Shown here: positions 20,216 through 29,940 of the stretch, piece after piece | How positions within the stretch are numbered: the stretch's first letter is position 1 | Layout: each line of letters starts with the position of its first letter | Virus record (IMG/VR): IMGVR_UViG_3300035698_010479 | Coordinates: 1 to 64,000 of that record | DNA length: 64,000 bases | Direction: 5' to 3' (one strand) | The notes under the pieces: model-generated | The model's input: the letters and a program-made list of their open reading frames with translations, nothing else | The model's database searches: none | What the model was told of the DNA's origin: nothing | Made by a program: the position numbers and the translations under genes

Positions 20216-20895
20216 AAATTTTGATTGTTGGTGGTTACGGCGGATATTCAAAGCCTTTTCAAGACTTGGGTGAAGTTTCGTATAAAGAAGAGGATTTTGT
20301 TAAAGAACCTAATTCCTTCGATTTGTTAGTGTTTACAGGTGGCGAAGATGTATGCCCAGCATTTTATGGACACACATCACCAAAACACATGTGTGGTTAC
20401 AATGTTAAAAGGGATATTGCTGAACAAGACTTATATAATATCGCCTCTGAAAATGGTATAAAAATGACTGGTATTTGCCGTGGTAGTCAATTTTTGAATG
20501 TAATGGCTGGTGGTGAAATGATGCATCATATTACAAATCACGGCACAAGTCACTCCGTTGAGACTGTAGATGGTTGTGAAATTTTTGTAACATCAACACA
20601 CCACCAAATGTGTATGCCAGCTAAGCATGGTTATGTAATGGCCTGGTCTAAAGAAAGAAGATCTTCTGCATATTACGGTGATAAAGATGAACTAGTTAAA
20701 TATTCAAATAAAGAAGTAGAGAGTATCTATTACCCGGAAGAGAATATATTCGCAGTACAATACCACCCAGAATACATGGATAGTAAGAGTGATGGTTTTT
20801 TATGGTATAGAGAGGCTGTGTACAATTTTTTGCATATGACAACAGAAGAGTTTGCTGCACGATATATAAATAAAGTAGCTACAGCTACTATGTAA
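20212..20895 (+). CDS. class I glutamine amidotransferase (peptidase C26-like), second copy
   Basis: FTGGEDV, GICRGSQ, STHHQ, VQYHPE. Confidence 0.9.
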   Translation: MKILIVGGYGGYSKPFQDLGEVSYKEEDFVKEPNSFDLLVFTGGEDVCPAFYGHTSPKHMCGYNVKRDIAEQDLYNIASENGIKMTGICRGSQFLNVMAGGEMMHHITNHGTSHSVETVDGCEIFVTSTHHQMCMPAKHGYVMAWSKERRSSAYYGDKDELVKYSNKEVESIYYPEENIFAVQYHPEYMDSKSDGFLWYREAVYNFLHMTTEEFAARYINKVATATM

Positions 20896-20949
20896 TTTTA
20901 AAATTGGGGTAGTTAACAGTAAGTTGGCTACCCCATATATGAGACGACA

Positions 20950-21462
20950 ATGCCGACATTTAAAAACAACATAGGAAAACAAATATTTCTAGTAGCAGAA
21001 GAAAAACGCAGTATGACTGCTATAACCTTTTACAATAAATCAGAAGAAGTACATTCTTTTTTTAATAGTTGTGTTGCTGGAAGCATAACTGAAATGTCTC
21101 TACTACATGGTACACTTACAAAAGCAATAAGCGTACCCGAAGATATAAGTTCCAATATTGACATAACTGTAATAGTTAGACAAAATAAGTCTAATAGCTG
21201 TATTTTAATACCATGTGTAAGCCTGGAGTATGCGCAGGAGATTGTTTTGGCATTAGTTAGTTCATCAGTACAAGCAAATGATATATTCAGTGATGAAATG
21301 ATTGACGACATTATTGGTATTAGTAAAAAGAATATTGATGATATTTTCATCTTCTATGGCTATGAAGTAGAACTACATTATTCTTTTGACAAAACAGAAT
21401 TAGATGAAGAAATATTAGAAGGGAGTAAAGAAATATATGAACGAATCTCTTCAGAACAATGA
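20950..21462 (+). CDS. hypothetical protein
   Basis: 170-aa ORF. Confidence 0.55.
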   Translation: MPTFKNNIGKQIFLVAEEKRSMTAITFYNKSEEVHSFFNSCVAGSITEMSLLHGTLTKAISVPEDISSNIDITVIVRQNKSNSCILIPCVSLEYAQEIVLALVSSSVQANDIFSDEMIDDIIGISKKNIDDIFIFYGYEVELHYSFDKTELDEEILEGSKEIYERISSEQ

Positions 21463-21802
21463 TAACTTCACATTATACTATTTCACTGGTATATACCACT
21501 TATTCTCAGGAAGAGTAATAGGTTACATTGATGATAGACAATTTGCTGCAGTATTAACAAGTCCACAAACACTGGCAAGAAAATTAAGTACAATGCCACC
21601 GTTAGGATTTTATGACATTATAGGTGATGCGGCCGTAAAGCTGAGATTAGCTTTTTTGGCGAAGGATAATAATAGTAATAGACATTTAATACTGTCTGGA
21701 GTTATTAAACAAATAGACAGTTCTTTGTCATACGGTTCAGGCGAGATCACATACGTAGATGAATCAAATAATATGTTTTGTCTAGAAACGGAGGTAAAAT
21801 AA
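21437..21802 (+). CDS. hypothetical protein
   Basis: 121-aa ORF. Confidence 0.5.
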   Translation: MNESLQNNDNFTLYYFTGIYHLFSGRVIGYIDDRQFAAVLTSPQTLARKLSTMPPLGFYDIIGDAAVKLRLAFLAKDNNSNRHLILSGVIKQIDSSLSYGSGEITYVDESNNMFCLETEVK

Positions 21803-21808
21803 TTCGAC

Positions 21809-22543
21809 ATGTTGTCAACATCACTTATACCAATAAATAAATGTATTGTTACTGATTATATTGAATCAACTAAATACTCTCACTATACATCAGGATATCT
21901 TGTGTATATTGAGAGTATACAAAATGATGTTGATGTACTTTGTACAATATTAATAACAAGTAACACTGGTAAGTTATTACATAGACCGTCAATAGCTAAA
22001 ATCAGAACACCCTTGATATTGTGTAATGAACTGGTACCATCAGGTTTATATAGTAAATGCAATGGTTTTCTACTTGTGGATAGTGCAATGCAGTCATATT
22101 TGAAAATTGAAAGTCCTGATTTTATAAATATGCTATACGCACGAATAATAAGTTTAAATAGAATTAGTTGTAACTATTTCAATGGCACGGTTTTAATGAA
22201 CAATAATCCAGTAATAAAAAAATTCTTCACGGATTATAACGAGTCGGCAAAAGTACACAGTAAAGTAATGATAGGTAATGTAAATACTGATGATAAACGT
22301 ATAGTATTGGTTAACAATATAATGCTTTTAGAAAGTTTTATAAAGAAGTATTTACCTAAAAAAATAGACCCAATGCAGTTTCTAAAAAGAACTTTTAGCG
22401 TAGCCAGAGATTATGAAAAAAAGGTACTTATAAAGAAATTAGAATCTATTATAAGTAACAAAAACTACGACAAAATATTGAGTGATGTGCAGGAGAACAA
22501 AGATGCTTTACATAGGTACAAAAATAGTGGTTATTGGCTCTAA
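21809..22543 (+). CDS. hypothetical protein
   Basis: 244 aa; GGAGG RBS. Confidence 0.6.
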   Translation: MLSTSLIPINKCIVTDYIESTKYSHYTSGYLVYIESIQNDVDVLCTILITSNTGKLLHRPSIAKIRTPLILCNELVPSGLYSKCNGFLLVDSAMQSYLKIESPDFINMLYARIISLNRISCNYFNGTVLMNNNPVIKKFFTDYNESAKVHSKVMIGNVNTDDKRIVLVNNIMLLESFIKKYLPKKIDPMQFLKRTFSVARDYEKKVLIKKLESIISNKNYDKILSDVQENKDALHRYKNSGYWL

Positions 22544-23324
22544 TGTAAAAAGAAAAGCTGGACCTCGTGTGGGTAGTATTGGGTTTATAGTAGAGTTACT
22601 TCATACTAATAGACATATAATTAACGAAAAAGTACTTATGTACGAAGCCAAAATATTATTTACACGTTATGGCTTCCAAAAATACCAAAGATGTGAACTT
22701 AAAAAAGTCATGTTAGCTGTACCAATGTTCGATGGTAGTGAAAAAGCTACTAATAATACAATATCTTACCTAGTAAAAAGTATAAAAACTAGTGAAGTGT
22801 TTAATAAAAAGTCTGTACTTTTAGTAAGTCCTTCTAACTATTTTATTGGTGAGGATTTACGTAGTAAGCTGCATAGTTTTTTATTAAATGGTAGTATGCA
22901 TGATAAGTTAACAAGAGTAGCTGTTACATATAATACAAAAGATTTTCCAAACACGGAAAGGTTACACAGTTCATTAACTAAGGATGCAAGCAATTTTCTA
23001 CGCATTTGTACTGCAACAAAATATCATAATAAATTAAATACATTGCTTATGTACATGTACGGTATGAATATTGACATAATCAAGGAGCTTTTATCGTTGA
23101 TATCAAAATTAATATCCTTAGAGGAAATTGCACACAGAGACAAATATAAAAATCACACAACAGTAGAGCAAGATCTTATGCAATCACTATTTAAACCTTA
23201 TGAGTTTAAATATAATATTATAAAATGGGGTAAATATGCACCAGTAGCACTCTTTATGTTTTATGCAGAAATTAATGGCTTTCTTAGAACAGAAGGAAAT
23301 AAGGTTGTAACCAAACATCTTTAA
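22482..23324 (+). CDS. hypothetical protein
   Basis: 280-aa ORF directly upstream of the RNAP; true start probably ATG 22503. Confidence 0.6.
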   Translation: MMCRRTKMLYIGTKIVVIGSNVKRKAGPRVGSIGFIVELLHTNRHIINEKVLMYEAKILFTRYGFQKYQRCELKKVMLAVPMFDGSEKATNNTISYLVKSIKTSEVFNKKSVLLVSPSNYFIGEDLRSKLHSFLLNGSMHDKLTRVAVTYNTKDFPNTERLHSSLTKDASNFLRICTATKYHNKLNTLLMYMYGMNIDIIKELLSLISKLISLEEIAHRDKYKNHTTVEQDLMQSLFKPYEFKYNIIKWGKYAPVALFMFYAEINGFLRTEGNKVVTKHL

Positions 23325-23333
23325 GGAGATACA

Positions 23334-26300
23334 ATGTTCTACTCAAACCTTGATGCAATTATTACTGGTTTTGTAAGTCAATTTAATTCTAGAATTCTTA
23401 CAAGAGCAAATGCTCAAACATTTGGTGCCTCATTAGATGTAGACAATAATGATACAGAGTTGAATTTTGTAATGAAACGTGATGATATGCAGCACGTATT
23501 ATCAATCCCAAAATCTTTCGTAGAAAACGGAGTAAAGTTAATAAGAATAAATGGTATTGAACGTGCTGTTGGTAAATACTTTTGGAAAGTACAGAATAGA
23601 CTTATGGATTATGAAGATGTGATCTACGAAGTGCTATTTGGGTATCCTGCACATATGCTACCTGAGTATATGATTAAAAGTAACTCTTCAGCTATGCAGC
23701 AATTGCGTTATGCTTTTGAGAACAACAAAGTGGCTATAACACTTCGTAGCATTCAAAAGAGAGTAAATCATGTAGTAAATAATTTACCGATTCATGAGAC
23801 AAATCTAAACTCGTTCATCATGAATCATAGAATAACAATCTTTGATCCAGAGTTTAACGTATTAACAAATCCTGAAGAACAACATACTTATCAAGTGGAA
23901 AAAAATAAAGAATACTTTGATAAAGGATGGACATCTTTGGGATTATCCGATGGATGCCTTGCGGGAAAGAATTACATGTTGGATTACGACCTTAGGAAAT
24001 TATCACCTTTTGGAAGTAATTATCATAATCCACAAAGAAATCTGTACTCAACACTTGGTATGCGTGGTGACGAAGTACCTACTGTACATTCAACAACTAC
24101 ATTTAATTTAGCTAACCAAGGTCTCACAAGAAAAGGTTGGAATATGTTTACTATATTCGTTGATATCCCAGACGTATGGGAAGATCAGTTAATGGTAGAT
24201 ATAAGCCATGTTGACAAATTTATCGAATATACAAAACGTTATATCTGTTTTGGTGATGTACTTGTAGCTGAAGGTGATGAAATTTCGACAGATGACCAAT
24301 TGTTTGTTAACAAAACTGGCGAAATAAAAGCGTTTGATATTCAATGTGATCATGCAGTTGTAACATCTATTGAAGAAAAAGATGACAATATCGGTGGTGT
24401 TCTTTTCCCATCCAACGTGGTTACAATAACCTATCGTAGAAATCTTAAAGACGGTACAAAACTTACTAACCTAGCTGCAAATAAAGGTGTTATCAGGATG
24501 CGTGATTTAGGTTACGCTATAAATCCAGAAACAGGCAAGCAGCAGAAAATTGACGTAATTGTATCTGCTAAAGCAGTACTGAAAAGAAAGAATTATACTC
24601 AGATACTGGAAGCATTAATTAATAATCTAAACAATAACCAACCAGTTGTAATACCCGATGATGTAGTAATTACAGAAGAAGCTTTATCTTCGGCTTTAAC
24701 TTCTATTGGGCATAATGCAGACGGTACTTGGATATGTAACACCTATGCAGGGAATTTTAGATGTGTCGCCGGTAATGTTTTCTGGGGAGTAACACATGAT
24801 GCTGATGATACAGTATGGAGGCCTGGTACAACAAAAGCAGTTAATGGTAGAGGATTACGTGAAGCTGGTTTAAAGTTTTCAACAATAGAGTTCAGGGCGT
24901 TAACTACTCGTTTTGGTGCAAACAATCCTTTAGAAAGTGAAATTCTACACTATGCTCAAGGTTACCAGGATGTTAAAGAACTTCTAAACATATTGAAATG
25001 TAAAGTAGGCAAGAAGAACATTGAGTGTAGTATACATCATGTCAAGGATATCAAACCACTGCGACAAGAAGATGGAATAATGATACAACCAGAAGAACTG
25101 GTTCAGTCAATAGTGGACCCAGAACTTGCTAAAGATGGTTTCATGATGAAGCTTCCTGTAAAGTATCAGGTAGTTATAGATCATGAGTACAACGTACTTG
25201 CAAGTGGTTTTCCTTGCACAGTTGGCGAAATGATAGGAGAGACTAAAGTATTTAAAGTAATTCTTATTGACTCAATCTATGTGCCTTATGAGAATCTTCG
25301 TAAATGTTGGAAACATGATATAGGTAGAGTAGGTTTGAATGACCTTGGTAATGCTTTAAATACTGTAGTTGTTATGTCCCATAATTATCTTATTGATGAT
25401 GTAGCGTCAATAAATACCACAATGCTATACAAAGCTATAGGTACCTATTTTAGTATCGTAGCTAATAAGCTTAGTACAAAACGTGGTGAATTGAGTGTGC
25501 ATACTATGGCTGTTAGATACCCTCATTCAGCTAAAGCTGTTGCCACACTTAGTAATGAATTACCACCAAACACTGTAGAAATTCATAGTAGTATGGCAGC
25601 CAGTTTAAATGTGGTTGATGGTGACGTAGTATTAGCAGAGAGATTCCCTTGTTTGGGTTTCATGTCTCTTCGTCCACAACAAATAAAAATCACTGAAGAT
25701 CCAATGTGTAAATTTACCATTAGAGTTAGTGGTAATAGTTTGGGTTCTCAAGGGTTGGATTTTGATGGTGATGTTTTGTACATAGCAGCATTTTATTCCA
25801 AAGAAGCTAAGGCTGCTCTTAGGAAAGAGTTTTATACACCTAATGAATGCTGTATTAAACATATTAATTTCTTCAATAACAAGATGGGTTCACCAAGGCT
25901 TATGGAAATGTCACTGCTAGATTATCAAATAGCTCCTTTTGAAGTTTTAAACAAAGATAGTCACGCAGAGATTGTTAGTAAACTTACAGGTGTAAAGAGT
26001 AACACGGGGCCAGTTGTAGCATTGGCTTATAATCTTTTAAGAGTTATGGAGAACTCTTCTATATCTGACGACAGAGAATTAGAGTGTGAAGTTGAAGTGT
26101 TTATGGATACAGTAGCAAATAGTGTATTCAAGCAAAAACATGGTGTAAAATCACTGCATAAAGTGGTTACAGACGCTGTGTGTGCGGCTGACCTAAATAC
26201 TTTAATTAGTGAGGGGTTTGATCCAAAAACTTCCGAAATTATCTGTAAGAATATTACTGAAAAAGCAGCACAAATTGGAATTAAAGATGTAGCTGCTTAT

Positions 26301-26591
26301 CACAAATTGATTACAGCAAAAGGAGGTAGCAATGTAATTAATAAGATAGTGAAAGCACAAAATGTGTTGTATTTCACAAGTAGGGCCAGTTTATCAGGTT
26401 GTAAAATTGTTAAGAATCTAATGGACTACGCACAAGTAGATATACCAAGTAAGATTTTTACCAAGATTATGAATTTGAACACATCTCTTACCACAGTAGA
26501 TCATGAGGCTCTAAAAACATTGAAAAATCCAGAGTCTATAATATACTGTTCAGAGGTACTTAAGGCTTTAAACAGTCTAATAACAAAATAA
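23334..26591 (+). CDS. single-polypeptide two-barrel DNA-directed RNA polymerase (beta C-half fused to beta' catalytic core)
   Basis: Collinear beta motifs (HNPQRNL, WEDQ, DGTKLTNLAANKGVI, IDVIVS..AVLKRKN, THDADD, GLKFSTIEFRAL) then beta' motifs (KRGELS...RYPHSAKAV, ERFPCL, DFDGD at 25758-25772). Confidence 0.88.
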   Translation: MFYSNLDAIITGFVSQFNSRILTRANAQTFGASLDVDNNDTELNFVMKRDDMQHVLSIPKSFVENGVKLIRINGIERAVGKYFWKVQNRLMDYEDVIYEVLFGYPAHMLPEYMIKSNSSAMQQLRYAFENNKVAITLRSIQKRVNHVVNNLPIHETNLNSFIMNHRITIFDPEFNVLTNPEEQHTYQVEKNKEYFDKGWTSLGLSDGCLAGKNYMLDYDLRKLSPFGSNYHNPQRNLYSTLGMRGDEVPTVHSTTTFNLANQGLTRKGWNMFTIFVDIPDVWEDQLMVDISHVDKFIEYTKRYICFGDVLVAEGDEISTDDQLFVNKTGEIKAFDIQCDHAVVTSIEEKDDNIGGVLFPSNVVTITYRRNLKDGTKLTNLAANKGVIRMRDLGYAINPETGKQQKIDVIVSAKAVLKRKNYTQILEALINNLNNNQPVVIPDDVVITEEALSSALTSIGHNADGTWICNTYAGNFRCVAGNVFWGVTHDADDTVWRPGTTKAVNGRGLREAGLKFSTIEFRALTTRFGANNPLESEILHYAQGYQDVKELLNILKCKVGKKNIECSIHHVKDIKPLRQEDGIMIQPEELVQSIVDPELAKDGFMMKLPVKYQVVIDHEYNVLASGFPCTVGEMIGETKVFKVILIDSIYVPYENLRKCWKHDIGRVGLNDLGNALNTVVVMSHNYLIDDVASINTTMLYKAIGTYFSIVANKLSTKRGELSVHTMAVRYPHSAKAVATLSNELPPNTVEIHSSMAASLNVVDGDVVLAERFPCLGFMSLRPQQIKITEDPMCKFTIRVSGNSLGSQGLDFDGDVLYIAAFYSKEAKAALRKEFYTPNECCIKHINFFNNKMGSPRLMEMSLLDYQIAPFEVLNKDSHAEIVSKLTGVKSNTGPVVALAYNLLRVMENSSISDDRELECEVEVFMDTVANSVFKQKHGVKSLHKVVTDAVCAADLNTLISEGFDPKTSEIICKNITEKAAQIGIKDVAAYHKLITAKGGSNVINKIVKAQNVLYFTSRASLSGCKIVKNLMDYAQVDIPSKIFTKIMNLNTSLTTVDHEALKTLKNPESIIYCSEVLKALNSLITK

Positions 26592-26602
26592 GGAAACAAA
26601 TT

Positions 26603-26974
26603 ATGGCAAAATCTGTAGGTTTGAGTTTCAACAGAGTAAATCTCTTGGGTAGAGTAACCGGCGATCCTGTTGTAAATGGTGAGTGGGTAACTTTCAATCT
26701 TAAAACTATTGTACCAAAACTTGGAGCAGACAATAAGTGGCAAGAGGCAGAAGTTATGGTACCAATTTTGACAAATGATCAAAGAAAAGTAGACACTGTA
26801 AACAGCTTTGTACAGGATGAACGTCAACTGTATGTAGAAGGTTACGTAGAAGCATGGGAAGGTGGCTGTGGTGTATTCCTTAGCATGATTAAACTTGGTT
26901 CCAAAACCATGTTTGATCCTGATGCTAATGGTGGACAACAGCAGGGTAGTAAGAAAGGTAATTTCCCTAGTTAA
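26603..26974 (+). CDS. ssb: single-stranded DNA-binding protein (OB fold)
   Basis: NRVNLLGRVTGDP ... LYVEG; Gly/Gln-rich tail. Confidence 0.8.
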   Translation: MAKSVGLSFNRVNLLGRVTGDPVVNGEWVTFNLKTIVPKLGADNKWQEAEVMVPILTNDQRKVDTVNSFVQDERQLYVEGYVEAWEGGCGVFLSMIKLGSKTMFDPDANGGQQQGSKKGNFPS

Positions 26975-27036
26975 TGTAATAATGTACATGAGTAGTAGTT
27001 ACTTTAGCTACTACTCATGTTTCAGATGGAGAAACT

Positions 27037-27441
27037 ATGCAACCAGATGTAAGTTTACAAAAAATAAATACACCAAAAGATATCAACATTGACAAAGCTA
27101 CATCACAAGAGGGTCGGTTGTTGGAATTAGAAGCTAAGATGTGCTCTATTGCACAAATGCTTTATATGTTTAAAAGGTCCGGCTTACCTAAAAAAGTAGT
27201 TTTAACAAAACGCAACACTACTGAAGAAGGAATACCTTTTAACACATGTTATCTTGGGTATACTAAGGGTTCAATATACCCGTATATACTTGTCGTAACC
27301 GAAGAAGGTAAGTATACTATAGGAGATAAAGAGTTTGAAACATTTGAAACGTCCACTGAATACTTATGTGGTAATGGCACAGATGGTTTTAAGTTTTGGC
27401 AAACATTTGAAGGTATCTCTTTAGCTGAGTCTATCAAATGA
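27037..27441 (+). CDS. RAMA/DUF4357-like DNA-binding domain protein
   Basis: G.YTIGDKEFET...YLCG...DGFKFW resembles the RAMA NGW.FW signature. Confidence 0.45.
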   Translation: MQPDVSLQKINTPKDINIDKATSQEGRLLELEAKMCSIAQMLYMFKRSGLPKKVVLTKRNTTEEGIPFNTCYLGYTKGSIYPYILVVTEEGKYTIGDKEFETFETSTEYLCGNGTDGFKFWQTFEGISLAESIK

Positions 27442-29876
27442 AAGTAGAAATATGTAATGTGTTAATTGTAGATATAACTAATGAAGCATTATTACAGGTA
27501 GTACTGGAGGATCTTACATATGACAATCCACTGTATAAAGAAGCTGTAAAGGCATTTAGGTCTACAAGAGGTATTCCACAAGTATTAAAAAACTTGTCAT
27601 TCTCTAATGGTCTTTATCAATTACCACGAGGATACTTTAATAGACTTTGTACAATTGCAGCGGACCTTGATATTGAAATTGAAATTACTGATACCAGGTC
27701 TATTGTACCATTTGAAACTACATATAACCACAGTGTTCATTTGCGTGATTATCAAATGACAGCTCTACAAACACTATCTAATTTTTCAGATGGGTTATTA
27801 GTAGCACCTGCTGGTAGTGGTAAAACAATTATAGGTATAGCTACAATATTAATGTGCGGTCAAAAGAGTTTATGGGTAACTCATACAAAACAATTATTAT
27901 TTCAATTTGTTGATAGAATAAAAGAATTTGTTGACATACCTGACGATGATATAGGTTTGATATATGATGGTAAATGGGATGCAGAAAAACCAGTAACAGC
28001 TGCACTAGTACAAACTTTACGTACGGACAAAGATAAGTTATCTGATATATCGCAAAATTTTGGTACTATAATAACTGATGAATGTCTAATATCAGGTACA
28101 AAGATAACTTTAATAAATGGGGATGAGAAGCTAGTAGAAGATGTTAATAATGGTGATGTAACGTTATATGGTGAAGTAAGTCATAAATTTAATAGATGTA
28201 CAAGAAAAACTATTGAATTAAGAACAGGGCACGGTAAGTTAGAAGGTACACTTACTCACCTACTACCAGTAATTACTAAAGAAAAAGAAACCATTGGCCC
28301 AGAAAATAAATTTAAGTCTTTTAAAGAAATTGATGTAGAATTTAAACCAATGAGTAGTATAAATGAAGAAGATTATTTATTATATTTACCTTCCTCACCA
28401 CATACTACAAAACATACGATTGGTAAAGTAAAGGCTAGATTATTAGCATTAATTGCCTGTGATGGTCATATAACAAAAAACTTGACTTGTCTACAGGTAG
28501 GTATAGTGAAAGACAAAGCTTGGTTTATTAACGAGATGATCATGAGTACTAGTATATTTAATGACGGCGACTTAAGGTATAGTAATTGTAAAAGGGGTGA
28601 CTTAATTATAAGGGAATATTCTAAAAAAGCAGTAACCTTTGTAAATTCATACGTACCTAAAGGTAATAAATCTAAACTTATAACAGTTCCTAAAATTATA
28701 AAAGAAACATCATTAGAAGAAATAAGTGATTACCTTCAAGTGGTATTTGACACAGAAGGGTCTGTCACAAATCAAATCTCAGTTACTATGTCTAATTTTA
28801 AGTACATTGAAGATATTCAGTTCCTTTTAAAAAAGTTCGGTATTATGGGTAGAATCATACCTATAAAGCGAAATGGGTATTCAAGAATAGCTATAAATGG
28901 TTATGACGCTCTACTTTTTTATACTAAAATTGGTTTTTCTATAGAGAGAAAACAAAAAGCACTATTTGAATTACTTAAAAAAACAAAAACTTTTATACGT
29001 ACAGTGTTATTTAGAGGCGTAACTTATAGATGTGTACCTATATTAGAAAAAACACATAATAATATTTTTAGGGTAGTATATGATTTCACCACAAAAGAAC
29101 ATTTATTTTCTGCAAATGGTGTATTAAGTTCTAATTGTCACCACCAACCCAGTTCCACATTTACTGAGGTGATAACTCAGCTTAATCCGTATTACTTATT
29201 TGGATTGACTGCTACTCCATCAAGACGGGATGGGCTAGAGACTGTTCTGTACCAAAATCTTGGACCAATAAGACATACAATACCAAGAACAGCAGTAGCA
29301 GATAGAATATTGACACCTGTGGTGTATACAAGACATTTAAATATTGATGGAATACCGGACGAAGTATCTTATCAAAAACTCTTGCAAATTTTAGTTAAGA
29401 GTACTGTACGTAATAATATTATAACAAAAGACGTTGTGGAACAAGCACGTGGTGGTAATATATGTATTGTGGTAACTGAAAGAGTACCACATGCAGAAAC
29501 ACTATATAATAAAATTAAAAAGTTATGGCCAAATACTGGAATAATGGTAGGTAAACATTCTGATAAACTACGTGATAAAACACTTGTAGGTTTGAAAGAT
29601 GGTAGTGTAACTGTATTAATTTGTACATCTCATCTACTAGGTGAAGGCTTCGATTTCGCACCACTAAATAGGTTGTTCATAACACTTCCTATTCGTAATC
29701 CAACTAGATGTGAACAGTTAGTTGGTAGAGTACAAAGAATAAGTGAAGGAAAAACAGACGCTTTTATATTTGATTACGTTGATAATCATGGTTTAACAAA
29801 GCATCAATATCGAAATTTTGGGGATAAAGGTTGTCGGTATAATGTATACAAGAAACTTGGCTGTACTATTTTATAA
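27438..29876 (+). CDS. SF2 (DExH, UvsW/Rad25-like) helicase interrupted by an intein
   Basis: LRDYQ, APAGSGKT, DE|CHH after intein removal, GLTATP.R.DG, GEGFD, QLVGRVQR. Confidence 0.92.
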   Translation: MKVEICNVLIVDITNEALLQVVLEDLTYDNPLYKEAVKAFRSTRGIPQVLKNLSFSNGLYQLPRGYFNRLCTIAADLDIEIEITDTRSIVPFETTYNHSVHLRDYQMTALQTLSNFSDGLLVAPAGSGKTIIGIATILMCGQKSLWVTHTKQLLFQFVDRIKEFVDIPDDDIGLIYDGKWDAEKPVTAALVQTLRTDKDKLSDISQNFGTIITDECLISGTKITLINGDEKLVEDVNNGDVTLYGEVSHKFNRCTRKTIELRTGHGKLEGTLTHLLPVITKEKETIGPENKFKSFKEIDVEFKPMSSINEEDYLLYLPSSPHTTKHTIGKVKARLLALIACDGHITKNLTCLQVGIVKDKAWFINEMIMSTSIFNDGDLRYSNCKRGDLIIREYSKKAVTFVNSYVPKGNKSKLITVPKIIKETSLEEISDYLQVVFDTEGSVTNQISVTMSNFKYIEDIQFLLKKFGIMGRIIPIKRNGYSRIAINGYDALLFYTKIGFSIERKQKALFELLKKTKTFIRTVLFRGVTYRCVPILEKTHNNIFRVVYDFTTKEHLFSANGVLSSNCHHQPSSTFTEVITQLNPYYLFGLTATPSRRDGLETVLYQNLGPIRHTIPRTAVADRILTPVVYTRHLNIDGIPDEVSYQKLLQILVKSTVRNNIITKDVVEQARGGNICIVVTERVPHAETLYNKIKKLWPNTGIMVGKHSDKLRDKTLVGLKDGSVTVLICTSHLLGEGFDFAPLNRLFITLPIRNPTRCEQLVGRVQRISEGKTDAFIFDYVDNHGLTKHQYRNFGDKGCRYNVYKKLGCTIL
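28083..29135 (+). mobile_element. intein (351 aa) with LAGLIDADG homing endonuclease, inserted in Walker B (DE/CHH)
   Basis: Starts CLISGTKI; block B TLTH; LLALIACDG and QVVFDTEG motifs; VYDFTT...FSANGVLSSN followed by C+1. Confidence 0.9.
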
Positions 29877-29940
29877 TGATTACATATTTTTCTTGTGGTT
29901 GGTTTTTATTTATAAGTATATAATCATGAGGTAATAATTT

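Noticed and set aside
23334-26591. Host rpoB/rpoC fragment
   Set aside because: Too short and divergent, fused in one ORF, with no ribosomal-protein operon context
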